DNA of 64,000 nt from Flavobacteriales bacterium. GTDB lineage: Bacteria > Bacteroidota > Bacteroidia > Flavobacteriales_D > Sanyastnellaceae. The notes under the pieces are model-generated. The model saw nothing but the letters and a program-made list of their open reading frames with translations, had not been told where the DNA came from and did no database searches. A program made the position numbers and the translations under genes. Below are positions 37,087 to 48,174 of the stretch, piece by piece. How positions within the stretch are numbered: position 1 is the stretch's first letter; every line of letters begins with the position of its first letter. The stretch spans positions 310,034 through 374,033 of the forward strand of contig CBDCZM010000004.1 of NCBI GenBank assembly GCA_965224545.1, given 5' to 3'.

Positions 37087-38949
37087 ATGTCAGAAGAAGT
37101 TAAATATACCGAGGATAACATCCGATCACTAGACTGGAAGGAGCATATTCGTATGCGACCAGGAATGTACATCGGTAAACTTGGTGATGGTTCTTCTCCA
37201 GATGATGGAATTTATGTGCTTCTTAAGGAAGTAATGGATAACTGTATCGATGAGTTTGTGATGGGGTCTGGGAAAACTATTGATGTGAATATCAAAGATG
37301 ATAAAGTAACTGTACGAGATTATGGAAGAGGTATTCCTCTTGGTAAAATCGTAGATGTGGTTTCTAAGATGAACACGGGGGGGAAGTATGATTCTAAAGC
37401 CTTTAAAAAATCTGTGGGATTGAATGGAGTAGGAACAAAAGCTGTAAATGCGCTTTCAACTTATTTCAAAGTTCAATCTGTTAGAGAAGAAAAGATAAGA
37501 GTAGCAGAGTTCAGTGTGGGTAATTTAGAAAATGTTACCGATGCAGAAGCTACTGCTAAGAGAAAAGGAACGTTGGTTCAGTTTACTCCAGATGTCTCTA
37601 TTTTTAAGAACTACAAATATAAAATGCAGTTTGTAGAGCGTCTGATTTGGAATTACTGTTATCTAAATCGTGGGTTAACTATCAATTTCAATGGTGAAAA
37701 GTATTCGTCTGAACACGGACTTAAAGATCTATTAGAAAATAGTATAAATGAGGAAACTCAGTACCCAATTATTCACTTAGAGGGGGATGATATAGAGGTG
37801 GCCATTACTCATACAAATACTTATGGAGAGGATTATTATTCGTTTGTAAACGGTCAATATACCACACAAGGGGGAACTCATCATGGAGCTTTTAGAGAAG
37901 CATACGTGAAAGTAGTTCGCGAATTCTTTAAGAAGGACTATGATGCTCAGGATATTCGTTCAAGCATTACTGCCGCCGTTGCTGTAAAAGTAATGGAGCC
38001 CGTTTTTGAAAGTCAGACGAAGACCAAGCTAGGATCTACAGAAATAGAACCAGATGGACAATCTATGAGAGCGTTTGTTCTTGAATTCTTGAAAAAAGAA
38101 CTGGACAATTATTTGCATAAGAATCCAGCAGCAGCAGAGGCACTTCTTAAAAAGATATTGCAAAGCGAAAGAGAGAGAAAGGATCTTGCGGGTATAAAGA
38201 AATTAGCCAGAGACAGAGCAAAGAAGGCAAATCTTCACAATAAGAAATTGCGTGATTGCAGAACTCATTTAACAGATACGAAGAAGGATAATCGTGAAGA
38301 AACGACCATCTTTATTACGGAGGGAGATTCTGCCAGTGGATCAATCACTAAATCTCGTAACCCGTTTACTCAAGCTGTATTTAGCTTAAAAGGAAAACCG
38401 CTGAATAGCTTCGGGTTGACCAAGAAAGTGGTTTATGAAAATGAAGAGTTTAACCTTTTACAGGCAGCTTTAAATATTGAAGATGGACTAGAAGGGCTGC
38501 GTTACAATAAAGTGGTTATAGCTACTGATGCAGATGTGGATGGGATGCATATTCGACTGCTTCTATTGACTTTCTTCTTGCAATTTTTCCCAGATTTAGT
38601 TCGTCAAGGACATGTGTATGTGCTTCAAACTCCATTGTTTAGAGTAAGGGATAAAAAGCAGACTTTTTATTGCTATTCAGAACAGGAGAAGATAGAGGCG
38701 ATAGCCGCATTGAAAGGAAAATCAGAAATAACACGATTCAAAGGACTTGGGGAAATCAGCCCTGATGAATTTAAGAATTTTATAGGTGAAGACATGAGAA
38801 TAGATCCTGTGGTTTTAGGACAGGAAGCAGCCATTTCTGAACTGTTGTCATTCTATATGGGAAAGAATACTCCTGATAGACAGCAATATATAATCAATAA
38901 TTTAAAAGTAGAAAAAGACGTAGTTGAAGAAGGAACTGAAGCTGCGTAA
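37087..38949 (+). CDS. parE: DNA topoisomerase IV subunit B
   Basis: GHKL ATPase plus TOPRIM (EGDSA...) architecture; ~620 aa; immediately upstream of the A subunit, as typical for Bacteroidetes topo IV. Track start at 37084 is TTG; ATG at 37087. Confidence 0.7.
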   Translation: MSEEVKYTEDNIRSLDWKEHIRMRPGMYIGKLGDGSSPDDGIYVLLKEVMDNCIDEFVMGSGKTIDVNIKDDKVTVRDYGRGIPLGKIVDVVSKMNTGGKYDSKAFKKSVGLNGVGTKAVNALSTYFKVQSVREEKIRVAEFSVGNLENVTDAEATAKRKGTLVQFTPDVSIFKNYKYKMQFVERLIWNYCYLNRGLTINFNGEKYSSEHGLKDLLENSINEETQYPIIHLEGDDIEVAITHTNTYGEDYYSFVNGQYTTQGGTHHGAFREAYVKVVREFFKKDYDAQDIRSSITAAVAVKVMEPVFESQTKTKLGSTEIEPDGQSMRAFVLEFLKKELDNYLHKNPAAAEALLKKILQSERERKDLAGIKKLARDRAKKANLHNKKLRDCRTHLTDTKKDNREETTIFITEGDSASGSITKSRNPFTQAVFSLKGKPLNSFGLTKKVVYENEEFNLLQAALNIEDGLEGLRYNKVVIATDADVDGMHIRLLLLTFFLQFFPDLVRQGHVYVLQTPLFRVRDKKQTFYCYSEQEKIEAIAALKGKSEITRFKGLGEISPDEFKNFIGEDMRIDPVVLGQEAAISELLSFYMGKNTPDRQQYIINNLKVEKDVVEEGTEAA

Positions 38950-38963
38950 GGGACGATTTACTA

Positions 38964-41900
38964 ATGATTGAACACTCGGAAGACGATAACTTAGAGAGAG
39001 ACGAAGAATTTGAACAGGACTCAGGAGGAGGGAACCAGTTGGACAAAGTCATCCAAGTGGATGGCATGTACAATGAGTGGTTCTTAGACTATGCCTCTTA
39101 TGTGATATTAGAACGTGCCGTTCCTCATATGAACGATGGTCTAAAACCTGTACAACGTAGGATTTTACACTCTTTAAGGGAGTTAGAGGATGGTCGTTAT
39201 CATAAAGTAGCTAACGTTATCGGTAATACCATGAAGTTTCACCCTCATGGTGATGCTGCAATTGGAGATGCATTGGTTCAAATCGGTCAGAAAGGACTTT
39301 TATTTGATACACAAGGAAACTGGGGGAATACGCTAACAGGTGATCGTGCTGCCGCTCCTAGATATATAGAGGTGAGACTATCCAAGTTTGGAAATGAGGT
39401 GATGTTTAACCCAAAAACCACTCATTGGCTCACGTCTTATGATGGAAGAGCGAAAGAACCAGACACGCTTCCTGCAAAGTTTCCTGTGTTGTTGGCTCAT
39501 GGAGCTGAGGGTATTGCTGTAGGGTTAGCCTGTAAAATATTACCGCATAACTTTATAGAAATTATTGATGCCAGCATTGATGCATTGCGAGGCAAAAAGA
39601 CGAAAATTCTTCCAGATTTTCAGACTGGCGGGATGGCTGATATGAGTCTATATAATGACGGTTTAAGAGGTGGTAAAGTACGTGTTAGAGCAAGAATTAA
39701 AAAGGAAGATGCGAAAACGTTGATGATCACTGAAATTCCGTTTGGAACTACAACTGGATCTTTGATTGATAGCATCTTAAAGGCAAATGATAAAGGAAAG
39801 CTTAAAGTAAAAAAGATAGAAGATAACACCGCTGAAAACGTAGAAATAGTCATCCATCTGCCTTCTGGAGTTTCTCCTGATAAAACGATAGATGCCCTTT
39901 ATGCATTTACGAATTGTGAGCAGAGTATTTCTCCAAATATCACTGTCATTAAAGATGACAAACCACAGTTCTTAGCAGTAAGTGAATTACTACATTATTC
40001 TGCTTTAAGAACTAAAGATTTACTCCAATGGGAACTTGAGATTAGAAAGGGAGAACTTGAAGAAAGTTGGCATTTTGCTAGTTTGGAGAAAATTTTCATT
40101 GAAAAACGGATTTACCGAGATATAGAGGAGGCTGAAACATGGGAAGAGGTTCTTGGAAATATTCATAAAGGATTAAAGCCTCATATCAAGCATCTCATAC
40201 GAGAAGTTACAGATGACGATGTGACGAGACTGACTGAAATTAGAATTAAGCGTATTTCTAAGTTTGATAGTTTTAAGGCAGATGAAAAAATAGCGACTAT
40301 AGAGGAGGAACTTGAGAAAGTGAAATTCAACTTGGCTAACCTTACAGATTATTCTGTGGATTGGTTCAAGATGTTGAAGAAGAAATATGGGGAAGGAAAG
40401 GAGAGAAGAACAGAAATTCGTTCGTTTGATACGATTGTAGCGGCCAAAGCAGCTGTAGCGAATGCAAAGCTTTATGTGAATAAAGAAGAGGGCTTTGCTG
40501 GGACGGGATTAAAAAAATCTGACAGTGATTTTGTTTGTGACTGCTCTGATATAGATGATATTATAGTTTTTCGTAGCAATGGAACCATGCAGGTTTCAAA
40601 GATTTCGAGTAAGAGTTTCTTTGGGAAGGGAATCATTCACATTGCAGTGTATAAGAAGGGAGATAAGCGTACGGTTTACAATATGGTTTACGAGGACGGT
40701 AAGGCTGGTAAAGCAATGGTAAAGCGATTTAATGTGACTTCCACAACTCGAGATAAAGAGTATGATTTAACCAAAGGAACTGCTGGTTCTAAATTATTAT
40801 ACTTTACAGCTAACCCAAATGCTGAAGCAGAAGTTGTTCAAGTGATTCTGCGTCCAATGCCTCGAATTAAGAAGTTAAAGTTTGATTATAATTTTGCGGA
40901 TTTAGCCATAAAAGGAAGGGCATCTGGAGGGAATACACTTTCTAAATATTCAGTAAGAAAGATAGAGTTGAAAGAAAAAGGCGTTTCCACTTTGGGAGCT
41001 AGGAAAATATGGTTTGATCCTGCAGTGACACGTCTAAATTCTGAAGAGAGAGGTAACTTTCTGGGAGAATTTCAACCTGCAGATAAGATCGTGGTCATAT
41101 TGAATACAGGTGAGTACAAATTGATTGGTTTTGATTTGAGTACACACTTTGATGATGGGATGATTCATTTAGAAAAATGGGTTCCCAAAAAACCAATCTC
41201 CGCTGTTCATTATGATGGTGAGAAAGAAACTTTCTATGCGAAGCGTTTCTTGATAGAAGCCAGTTCCAAAAAAGTACTATTTATTACTGAACATGAAAAC
41301 AGTCGATTGGAAGCTGTTTCTACTGCATTTCATCCTATAGCAAATCTGCGATTCAACAAGAAATTTAAAAAGACTAGAGACAAGGAAGATGAACAGTTAG
41401 ATCTTACTGAGTTTATCTCTGTGAAAGGGCTGAAGGCCATAGGAAATAGACTTCATACACTCCCTGTGACAGAAGTAACTATCTTGGACCCAGATGCTGA
41501 AAAAGAAACGATTGCTCTGAAAGCATTAACTCCTAAGACACCAATTGAAGATGAATTGGTTGAAGAACCTGAATTGGATAATGCAGACAGTGATTCTGAG
41601 GATCAAATGGAATCAGATTATTCAGACATAAAACTGGATGAAAATGGAGAAGTTATTTCTGAAAAGGTAGTTGCCACTCCACTTAATGATGAAACGTCAA
41701 CAAGTTCGAATAAGAAGGGGACTCCTCCGGCTGATAAAACAATTGAAACTAAAGAGTTTGCTGATGTGGTAGCTGAAGCGAAGGCTAGGAGAGAAGCAAA
41801 AGAAACACCGGTGAAAAAGGTGAAAAGAGTTAAAAAAGCTAAGAAATCCGTAAAAGCGGAAGAGCCAATCAAGCAAAACCCAGCTGATATAGAGATGGAT

Positions 41901-41972
41901 ATTGAGATTCCGAATGAAGATGACCCTTCGGGAGAGGCAGATGACACGACTGGGCAGGCTAGTTTGTTTTAG
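38964..41972 (+). CDS. parC: DNA topoisomerase IV subunit A with an unusually long charged low-complexity C-terminal tail
   Basis: Breakage-reunion domain with catalytic-Tyr region (AAPRYIEVRL), beta-pinwheel CTD, then ~150 aa acidic/Lys-rich tail (DSDSEDQMESDYSD...KKVKRVKKAKKSVKAEE...). Confidence 0.7.
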   Translation: MIEHSEDDNLERDEEFEQDSGGGNQLDKVIQVDGMYNEWFLDYASYVILERAVPHMNDGLKPVQRRILHSLRELEDGRYHKVANVIGNTMKFHPHGDAAIGDALVQIGQKGLLFDTQGNWGNTLTGDRAAAPRYIEVRLSKFGNEVMFNPKTTHWLTSYDGRAKEPDTLPAKFPVLLAHGAEGIAVGLACKILPHNFIEIIDASIDALRGKKTKILPDFQTGGMADMSLYNDGLRGGKVRVRARIKKEDAKTLMITEIPFGTTTGSLIDSILKANDKGKLKVKKIEDNTAENVEIVIHLPSGVSPDKTIDALYAFTNCEQSISPNITVIKDDKPQFLAVSELLHYSALRTKDLLQWELEIRKGELEESWHFASLEKIFIEKRIYRDIEEAETWEEVLGNIHKGLKPHIKHLIREVTDDDVTRLTEIRIKRISKFDSFKADEKIATIEEELEKVKFNLANLTDYSVDWFKMLKKKYGEGKERRTEIRSFDTIVAAKAAVANAKLYVNKEEGFAGTGLKKSDSDFVCDCSDIDDIIVFRSNGTMQVSKISSKSFFGKGIIHIAVYKKGDKRTVYNMVYEDGKAGKAMVKRFNVTSTTRDKEYDLTKGTAGSKLLYFTANPNAEAEVVQVILRPMPRIKKLKFDYNFADLAIKGRASGGNTLSKYSVRKIELKEKGVSTLGARKIWFDPAVTRLNSEERGNFLGEFQPADKIVVILNTGEYKLIGFDLSTHFDDGMIHLEKWVPKKPISAVHYDGEKETFYAKRFLIEASSKKVLFITEHENSRLEAVSTAFHPIANLRFNKKFKKTRDKEDEQLDLTEFISVKGLKAIGNRLHTLPVTEVTILDPDAEKETIALKALTPKTPIEDELVEEPELDNADSDSEDQMESDYSDIKLDENGEVISEKVVATPLNDETSTSSNKKGTPPADKTIETKEFADVVAEAKARREAKETPVKKVKRVKKAKKSVKAEEPIKQNPADIEMDIEIPNEDDPSGEADDTTGQASLF

Positions 41973-42183
41973 GGTAGCATATATTTCTTCCATACTCGAA
42001 ATACACAAATGTGCATGAACATTCCATCTATGCATTAAAACCTGCCAAGAGAATCACTTGACAACTTTGGACATTTCTCAAAATGGAACTTTGAAAAAAA
42101 TTTGCATTGTGATGGTTGAATCCTGGTCAGACGCCTCCATCTTTAAATTAATTCGGGAGTAATGTGATATTGCCCTAATAAAA

Positions 42184-44019
42184 CTATCTTAACAGGGTTA
42201 CTGTCCCATTTAAACTTTCAATTTTTAGGTCAGGTGTTTTAAAGGAAAGCACCCAAAAATAGACACCATCAGAACAGTTTTGCCCTGAAAAGGATCGTCC
42301 ATCCCAGCCAGTACCAATTTCGGTTGTCTCATATATAACTTCGCCCCATCTATTATAGATTTTTAATTCTGAAGATTTGACATTTTCCAATACAATAGGT
42401 TTGAAAACGGTATTGAACTCATCATTATTTGGGCTAAAAACATTTGGCATAAGAACGATAGGATCACAATCAACATAAATTGAGTCTGTACTCGAACATC
42501 CGTTGCTTGTTACTGTAAGATCATACCATCCAGATTGAGTGGCAGTAAAAGTTGTATCAAGACTTGTTCCCCCTTCCCACGAAAAAGTTTCGAAAGAGCC
42601 ATTTGCTTTAATTTCAGCGAATCCATCATTACAAAGAATTTGAGAGTCACTAAACTCAAGGAGTGGAACTTCGTGAATGGTAATGAATTCTTTAAGCGTG
42701 TCTATTGAGCTTTCATAATACGAAACCAAGGTGATTTCATATATGCCTGGGCTCGAAAACTCATGGAAAGGGTTTAGATCCATTGAAGTATTATTATCTC
42801 CAGTAAAAGGATCACCAAAATTCCAGCTGACAGAGTCAACAGAGGAATTGTTAATATTGAAATGAGTCAAATCACCATTGCAAATGTTGACTTCAGTAAA
42901 GGGATCAATAACATTAATACTATTATAAAACCCAGGAAGACCAAACTGGCTGTTTCTTCCTTCCAAAGAAAGAACACTCGCTTGGAAATCGCAACTCAAT
43001 CCCACAGAATTGGGCTGATTGATTACTGATAATGAGAAGAAATCTGAACCCGAAACAGCGACATAAATTTTTTGGTCAGAGGCCAATTGCATCGCAAAAT
43101 AACCAGTTCCCACAACAACTTCGGAATTCAGAACAGAGGCACTGTCATATTCTAAAAGTTCAAATTGAAATATTCTACTAAAAAAAAGCCCATTTAACAT
43201 TTCTAATCCCGTTACATATAACAGCTCATTATTTGGGGAAAATTCAACACCATAAGGATCAATCACATCTATTAAAATCTGATTTGATAATTCTCCTGTT
43301 GCATTGTCAAATTGAAATAGTTCTACAGAATTTAAAGATTGATGAGCTGCAGCTATCATAGAGCCATTAGGAGAAGCTTTTAGCTGACCAGCCCAACCAT
43401 TGGCCGAAGTATTTATTGTAATTCCCTCAGAGCTCTCAACTGGAGACAAATTGATCCCATTTTCAGAAAGCAAATAGCTTTGATAAATATTGGATCCATT
43501 TAAATGACAAATTATCCAAAAATCTTGACCATTTGCATGAGCTACAGCAGCTATTTTTTCACATGTTGGAGTGACAATAAGAACATTTTTGTTTTGATTT
43601 ACATTACCTAACCCTCCATTTAAGGCCATATCTACTTCTGAATACCGCATTCCATTTTCTTCTCCCTGATAGTCTACTGTGAATAGGACATAAATAGAAT
43701 TGTCACCTGGCTTTTTTACTATGAGACAAGACTGCGTAGAGGAGAAATGCCCAAATAAGTTATAGCCATTGGACATATTGTTATGTTCCCTATTCCATAC
43801 TGATTTACCCTCAGAATAAAATAGCAAATTGCCATTATCATCACTTACCGAAGAACATCCTTCATCTGTTTGTATTTGTCCATCTACAAGAGCCTCTGGA
43901 GGGGATGTATTGAAGGTTACTCCAGCACGGTTCCCAAAATACCAATTGTTAGCGTGCTTACTTTGAGCAATAGTTTGGTAGCAAAAAATAAGAGTAGTTG
44001 ATATGAGAAATAGTCTCAT
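42184..44019 (-). CDS. T9SS type-B (CHU_C / gliding-motility-associated CTD) secreted protein with PKD domain
   Basis: Signal peptide. PKD motif (WNFGDPFTGDNNTS...HEFSSPGIYEITLVS). C-terminal PNVFSPNNDEFNTVF...YNRWGEVIYE...GWDG...GVYFWVL matches the CHU_C sorting domain. Confidence 0.75.
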   Translation of the reverse strand: MRLFLISTTLIFCYQTIAQSKHANNWYFGNRAGVTFNTSPPEALVDGQIQTDEGCSSVSDDNGNLLFYSEGKSVWNREHNNMSNGYNLFGHFSSTQSCLIVKKPGDNSIYVLFTVDYQGEENGMRYSEVDMALNGGLGNVNQNKNVLIVTPTCEKIAAVAHANGQDFWIICHLNGSNIYQSYLLSENGINLSPVESSEGITINTSANGWAGQLKASPNGSMIAAAHQSLNSVELFQFDNATGELSNQILIDVIDPYGVEFSPNNELLYVTGLEMLNGLFFSRIFQFELLEYDSASVLNSEVVVGTGYFAMQLASDQKIYVAVSGSDFFSLSVINQPNSVGLSCDFQASVLSLEGRNSQFGLPGFYNSINVIDPFTEVNICNGDLTHFNINNSSVDSVSWNFGDPFTGDNNTSMDLNPFHEFSSPGIYEITLVSYYESSIDTLKEFITIHEVPLLEFSDSQILCNDGFAEIKANGSFETFSWEGGTSLDTTFTATQSGWYDLTVTSNGCSSTDSIYVDCDPIVLMPNVFSPNNDEFNTVFKPIVLENVKSSELKIYNRWGEVIYETTEIGTGWDGRSFSGQNCSDGVYFWVLSFKTPDLKIESLNGTVTLLR

Positions 44020-44147
44020 GTATTTGTCTAAAATAACGTGGTTTTATAAAGTAGACGAAGTAAGTCGTTTTACAGAGTGCTTTTGTAGGTAATTAATATA
44101 ATTATTCAACAAGCCACGAATTTGTTTCAAGGCTTCATTTTGAGAAT

Positions 44148-45570
44148 TTACAATTTAACTATTCGCTCAGAATGCAACTTTCCAGATGAGTCTAACAATT
44201 GAAGTGCATATACGCCAGAAGGCAGGGCCAAATTCAAACGTTGTGAACCTGAGCTTATAAAGTCTTCATAAATCTTTTTCCCTTCAGAAGTAGTAATAAG
44301 CAGTCTAGTATTTATCCAAGTGTTCGGTAGAGTGATGTTGAGTATGTCTGAAACAGGGTTTGGAAATATCTTAATGAAGTCAGTAGATGATTCATTTATC
44401 GAAACCGGTTCACAAATAATTTCTTCAGAAACTGGTGAAATCGAAAAACTAATCCAATCTGAGGGCTCGCTTTGGACTCCTGCTTCTTCATCCAGTTGAT
44501 AGGACGTGCTAGATACATTCACTTCTGAGGTTGTTAATGTCAGGTTATTAGAATTACAATTGGCTTCTCCAATTGAATTTATTTTCATTAACCAGCTGTA
44601 TAAACCGTTTTCGGATGGACTGATTATTTCCATTTCAGGATCGGCAAACCCAATTGTGATTAAGTCATCACTTTCAAGAGGAACAATCCCTAGCAAAGAT
44701 TCTATATACGAGGTTCCATATTCCTTAGCCCAAGTTATGTCGCTATTATCTGTAATCTTCATTGCGATGCCGTTAGAATAATTCTCCATGTTTGGGAAAG
44801 AATATCCGGATAAATAGTATTCTCCTTCTTGACCCTGATGCACATAACTAAATCCTCCGAAATCACCGTCATCTTGATAGAAAATGGATGTCTGTAAAAC
44901 ATCTCCATCGGCACTTGTCGTAAGTTTTACTAAAACTGAACCATCTTGAAAACTACTTTGACTATAAAACAAATCCAAACTTCCATTTACTTGCCGAGTC
45001 AATGCAAAAGGCCTTGGTTGAGCATCTGTCAGATCATGAGTGTCGTAGAATTTAACAGATTGTATATTGCCATTACTATTCAATAATGCGAGCCAGCTTC
45101 CTTCAGAATTGAATCTGGTGGACGCACTTAACCAGAAGCCACCATCGCTGTTCTGTATTAGTCCACCACAATGTAAGAAGGCTCCGTCTAGCTGACTAGA
45201 AATTTCTCTTGACCAGATGAAGTTTCCTTCAGGGTCAAATTTCACTAAGAATATTGAACTTTGAAATTCAACACTACTTTCAAACACTCCATAGACGATG
45301 AAACTGCCATCTTGTAGTTCTAGAACATCTTTAACTTCATGAATATCGACATCGAATTGAAACGCTCTCGACCAACTAATCTCAGCGTTCATGTCTACTT
45401 TTATGACAAACACAGAATCTTCATCGGTAAGGGGAGGAGCTTTTGTACCAAGTACTAATGCCCCGTTATCAGAGGTAGCTTTCAGAGTAGTTGCTCTAAA
45501 GCTGGCTCCCATGGTAGAAATACCTTGGGATTGTAAAATCGTTCCATCTTGACTCAGACGCTGATAATGT
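44148..45570 (-). pseudogene. C-terminal 473 codons of a T9SS type-A cargo gene disrupted upstream by the ISAs1 nest; frame open to the insertion junction
   Basis: Por_Secre_tail at the C-terminus (IKIFPNPVSDILNITL...GVYALQLLDSSGKLHSERIVKL). No signal peptide. Upstream frame stays open (..HYQRLSQDGTILQSQGISTMGAS..) until a TGA formed exactly at the IS junction (45570-45572). Confidence 0.75.
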
Positions 45571-45866
45571 CAGGGCGACCGCATTAAAAAAAAGCCTAGT
45601 AATTTTTCTCTATAATTTTTGTCTATAGCAGCTTTGAGACGTTTAGCTTTCTTGCTGTGTTTTGAATTTTTGTCATTACTGAGTAGCCCCATATCGATTT
45701 TTAAGATGATGTTAAAGTTTTCAGAGGCGTATCCTTTTCTTATCCTAGAATCATCTTCGCCAAATTCGACATCAAGCACCCAGTGTAAATTATTTTCTAT
45801 TGACCAATGTTTTCTTATTTTTCTATTGAGTTCTTTAGCATTTGGCTGGAGGCTAGAAATGTACAA
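45570..45866 (-). pseudogene. ISAs1 transposase C-terminal fragment (..RKHWSIENNLHWVLDVEFGEDDSRIRKGYASENFNIILKI..)
   Basis: Aligns to the C-terminus of the intact ISAs1 transposase (..[40 protein letters not shown]..). Cut off by the IS1595 insertion. Confidence 0.75.
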
Positions 45867-45874
45867 TCGCTGTT

Positions 45875-46955
45875 GGCTCTAGTTTAGATTAGCTATTATT
45901 TGTATCTTTCGCTTATGAAAAAAGAGGCAATAATATCGTACTTCTCAGGTTTGTCAGTTAGCGAGCGTCACGTACTGATAGAGGAATTACAACAAGTTGG
46001 TCAATTAGGTCTTTCAGTCCCCAAGTGTCAAGAAGTTCGAAGAAAAATTCTGGACAACAAGCAGGGTTGTTGCGCTCACTGTGGTCATGCTAAATATGTA
46101 AAATTCGGAAAGGATAAGGGAGCCCACCGTTACAAATGCAAGTCCTGTAACCGTAGTTTTACTGAATACTCAGGCACATGGATGGATGGGCTTCACCGAA
46201 AGGATAAAATAGATGCCTATCTAAAGCTTATGCTTGAAGAGAAGAGCCTTGACAAGATCAAAGAGGGGTTGGGGATTAATAAAAAGACTGCTTTTGATTG
46301 GCGTCATAAGATACTTTCATCCATAGAACAATCTGAAAAAGGTGGATTTAGCGGAATAACTGAAAGTGATGAAACCTTTTTCTTGCGTTCAGAAAAAGGA
46401 AAGGAAAAGCAGGGGACAAAGCCAAGAAAACGTGGAGGGAAGTCTTCAAAAAAGGGTGTTAATGATGAACATGTAGCAGTTATTGTAACCCAAGATCGTA
46501 AAGAACAAGTCGATTTAACTGTAGCCACAGTAGGTCGACTGAAAAAGGTGGATATAGAAAATGCCATTGGAGAAAGGCTCACAGAACAAACAGTTTTATG
46601 TACTGATTCTCATGTAAGTTATAAGGGATTTGCTATTGATAATCATCTGGAACACCACCCATTACGCTCTGATTTGAAACAACGTGTCAAAGATGGGGTT
46701 TACCATATCCAACATGTCAACTCGACACATCATAGGTTAAAGAAATGGATTGACAATAAATTCTGGGGCGTATCAACCAAATATCTACAGCAGTACCTCA
46801 ATTGGTTTAGGATCAAAGAAACCTTGAAAGATAGTAAGCAGTTCCTCAAAGACTTTGCACAAATGTCTGTACAGGATGTGCATGCCTATCAAAGGTTCGC
46901 TACTATATCGAGTAGGTATGAAATGATAATTTCAACGCAAACCTAAACTAGAGCC
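45875..46955 (+). mobile_element. IS1595-family insertion sequence copy 1 (13-bp IRs ggctctagtttag, 8-bp TSD TCGCTGTT) inserted into the ISAs1 transposase ORF
   Basis: IR 45875-45887 is the reverse complement of 46943-46955. TSD tcgctgtt at 45867-45874 and 46956-46963. Confidence 0.8.
45915..46946 (+). CDS. IS1595-family transposase (N-terminal zinc ribbon/HTH plus DDE, ISXO2-like)
   Basis: CAHCGHAKYVKFGKDKGAHRYKCKSCNRSF zinc ribbon. ~45% identical to the second copy at 50528. ATG at 45915; the track start at 45900 is TTG. Confidence 0.8.
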   Translation: MKKEAIISYFSGLSVSERHVLIEELQQVGQLGLSVPKCQEVRRKILDNKQGCCAHCGHAKYVKFGKDKGAHRYKCKSCNRSFTEYSGTWMDGLHRKDKIDAYLKLMLEEKSLDKIKEGLGINKKTAFDWRHKILSSIEQSEKGGFSGITESDETFFLRSEKGKEKQGTKPRKRGGKSSKKGVNDEHVAVIVTQDRKEQVDLTVATVGRLKKVDIENAIGERLTEQTVLCTDSHVSYKGFAIDNHLEHHPLRSDLKQRVKDGVYHIQHVNSTHHRLKKWIDNKFWGVSTKYLQQYLNWFRIKETLKDSKQFLKDFAQMSVQDVHAYQRFATISSRYEMIISTQT

Positions 46956-47001
46956 TCGCTGTTCTTGAGATATTTTTCCACTGCTTTTATCTAGTGTTAA
47001 G

Positions 47002-47637
47002 TTAATTATTAATTGACGGATATAGTTTTCTTAATTTCACTCTTGATTCTTTTGTTGTGAATTGCCATTTTATAGTGCCTTCTTTATTATTTCTATGGTT
47101 CTGCCAAGCTTTGACCTCTTCCTTTACTTTTTCTATGGTATCTATATGCCTGTTTAAACATTGACCATTTAGTACATGTAACTCAATCTCTGCCATATTG
47201 AGCCAACTTCCATGTTTAGGTGTATAGATAAACTCAAACCTATCCCATAGCCTTTTAGCTTCTTTAGGCTCAAATGTTTCATAAAATGCAGAAGCGACAT
47301 GGGTATTAAAATTATCCATTACCAAGGTTATCTTATTTGATTTTGGGTAGTACTCATCAGCTATTCTCTTTATAAACTTTGCCCAATCCTTTTTAGTCTT
47401 AAACTTTGTTATTTCAACGATCCGTTTTCCTTTTAAAGGTTCATTTGCCATGAATATATTAACCATTCCGTGTCTGAGATATTCGTAATCTACTCGAGCA
47501 TCTTGACCTGGTTTAATTGGTGTTGAAGGTTGTGCTGATGAAATTAATTGTTTGGGGGATTCATCCATGCAAATTACTGGGTAATCAATATCATAAGGTC
47601 TTTTGTAAACATCTAAAACTCTTTCCATGTTAGCCAC
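47002..47637 (-). CDS. IS630-family transposase orfB (DDE/DD[34]E catalytic part). The frame is open upstream through the A8 run, so a -1 frameshift would give an orfAB fusion
   Basis: DDE region (LVMDNFNTH...) . The -1 frame relative to orfA is open across the A8 run (..ECFKKNELKPWKVRGWVIPPNKNSEFVANMERVL..). Track start is a GTG. Confidence 0.7.
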   Translation of the reverse strand: MANMERVLDVYKRPYDIDYPVICMDESPKQLISSAQPSTPIKPGQDARVDYEYLRHGMVNIFMANEPLKGKRIVEITKFKTKKDWAKFIKRIADEYYPKSNKITLVMDNFNTHVASAFYETFEPKEAKRLWDRFEFIYTPKHGSWLNMAEIELHVLNGQCLNRHIDTIEKVKEEVKAWQNHRNNKEGTIKWQFTTKESRVKLRKLYPSINN

Positions 47638-47663
47638 AAATTCGCTGTTTTTATTTGGAGGAA

Positions 47664-48134
47664 TTACCCAGCCACGGACTTTCCAAGGTTTAAGTTCATT
47701 TTTTTTAAAACATTCCCTACCGAAACATGAGAAATACTTTCTACATAATTTAATTCTACCATCTTATCTGATAATAAGCGTAATGACCATTTAGAAAAAC
47801 CCTTTGGGGGTTCACTGCAACATAATTGCACAATCTTAGCCTCTACATCTCCATCTATCTTTACATCATATATTCGCGAACTCTCACGTCTCTCAAGCAC
47901 CGCTTCAAATCCTTCTTCAATAAATCTCTTTTTTACCCTATCTATTGTGTGCATCCCTACTTTTAATACTTTACTGATTTGCGCATTAGTTACCTTCTCT
48001 GAGTAATCTCCAACATCGCAATTTAGTAGTATGTAAGCCGTACGATACGTCTTTGTGCTATGAGATCCTTTATTAATTATTGCCCGAAGCCTAATAACCT
48101 CCTCTTGACTTAGTTTGATCCTGTATCTCATCAT
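47664..48134 (-). CDS. IS630-family transposase orfA (HTH DNA-binding part)
   Basis: Paired HTH motifs; ends just after T_TTA_AAA_AAA_ATG (slippery A8). Confidence 0.7.
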   Translation of the reverse strand: MMRYRIKLSQEEVIRLRAIINKGSHSTKTYRTAYILLNCDVGDYSEKVTNAQISKVLKVGMHTIDRVKKRFIEEGFEAVLERRESSRIYDVKIDGDVEAKIVQLCCSEPPKGFSKWSLRLLSDKMVELNYVESISHVSVGNVLKKMNLNLGKSVAG

Positions 48135-48174
48135 TTTTTTAATGAAAATACGAAAATATTACGTCATAGTAAAC

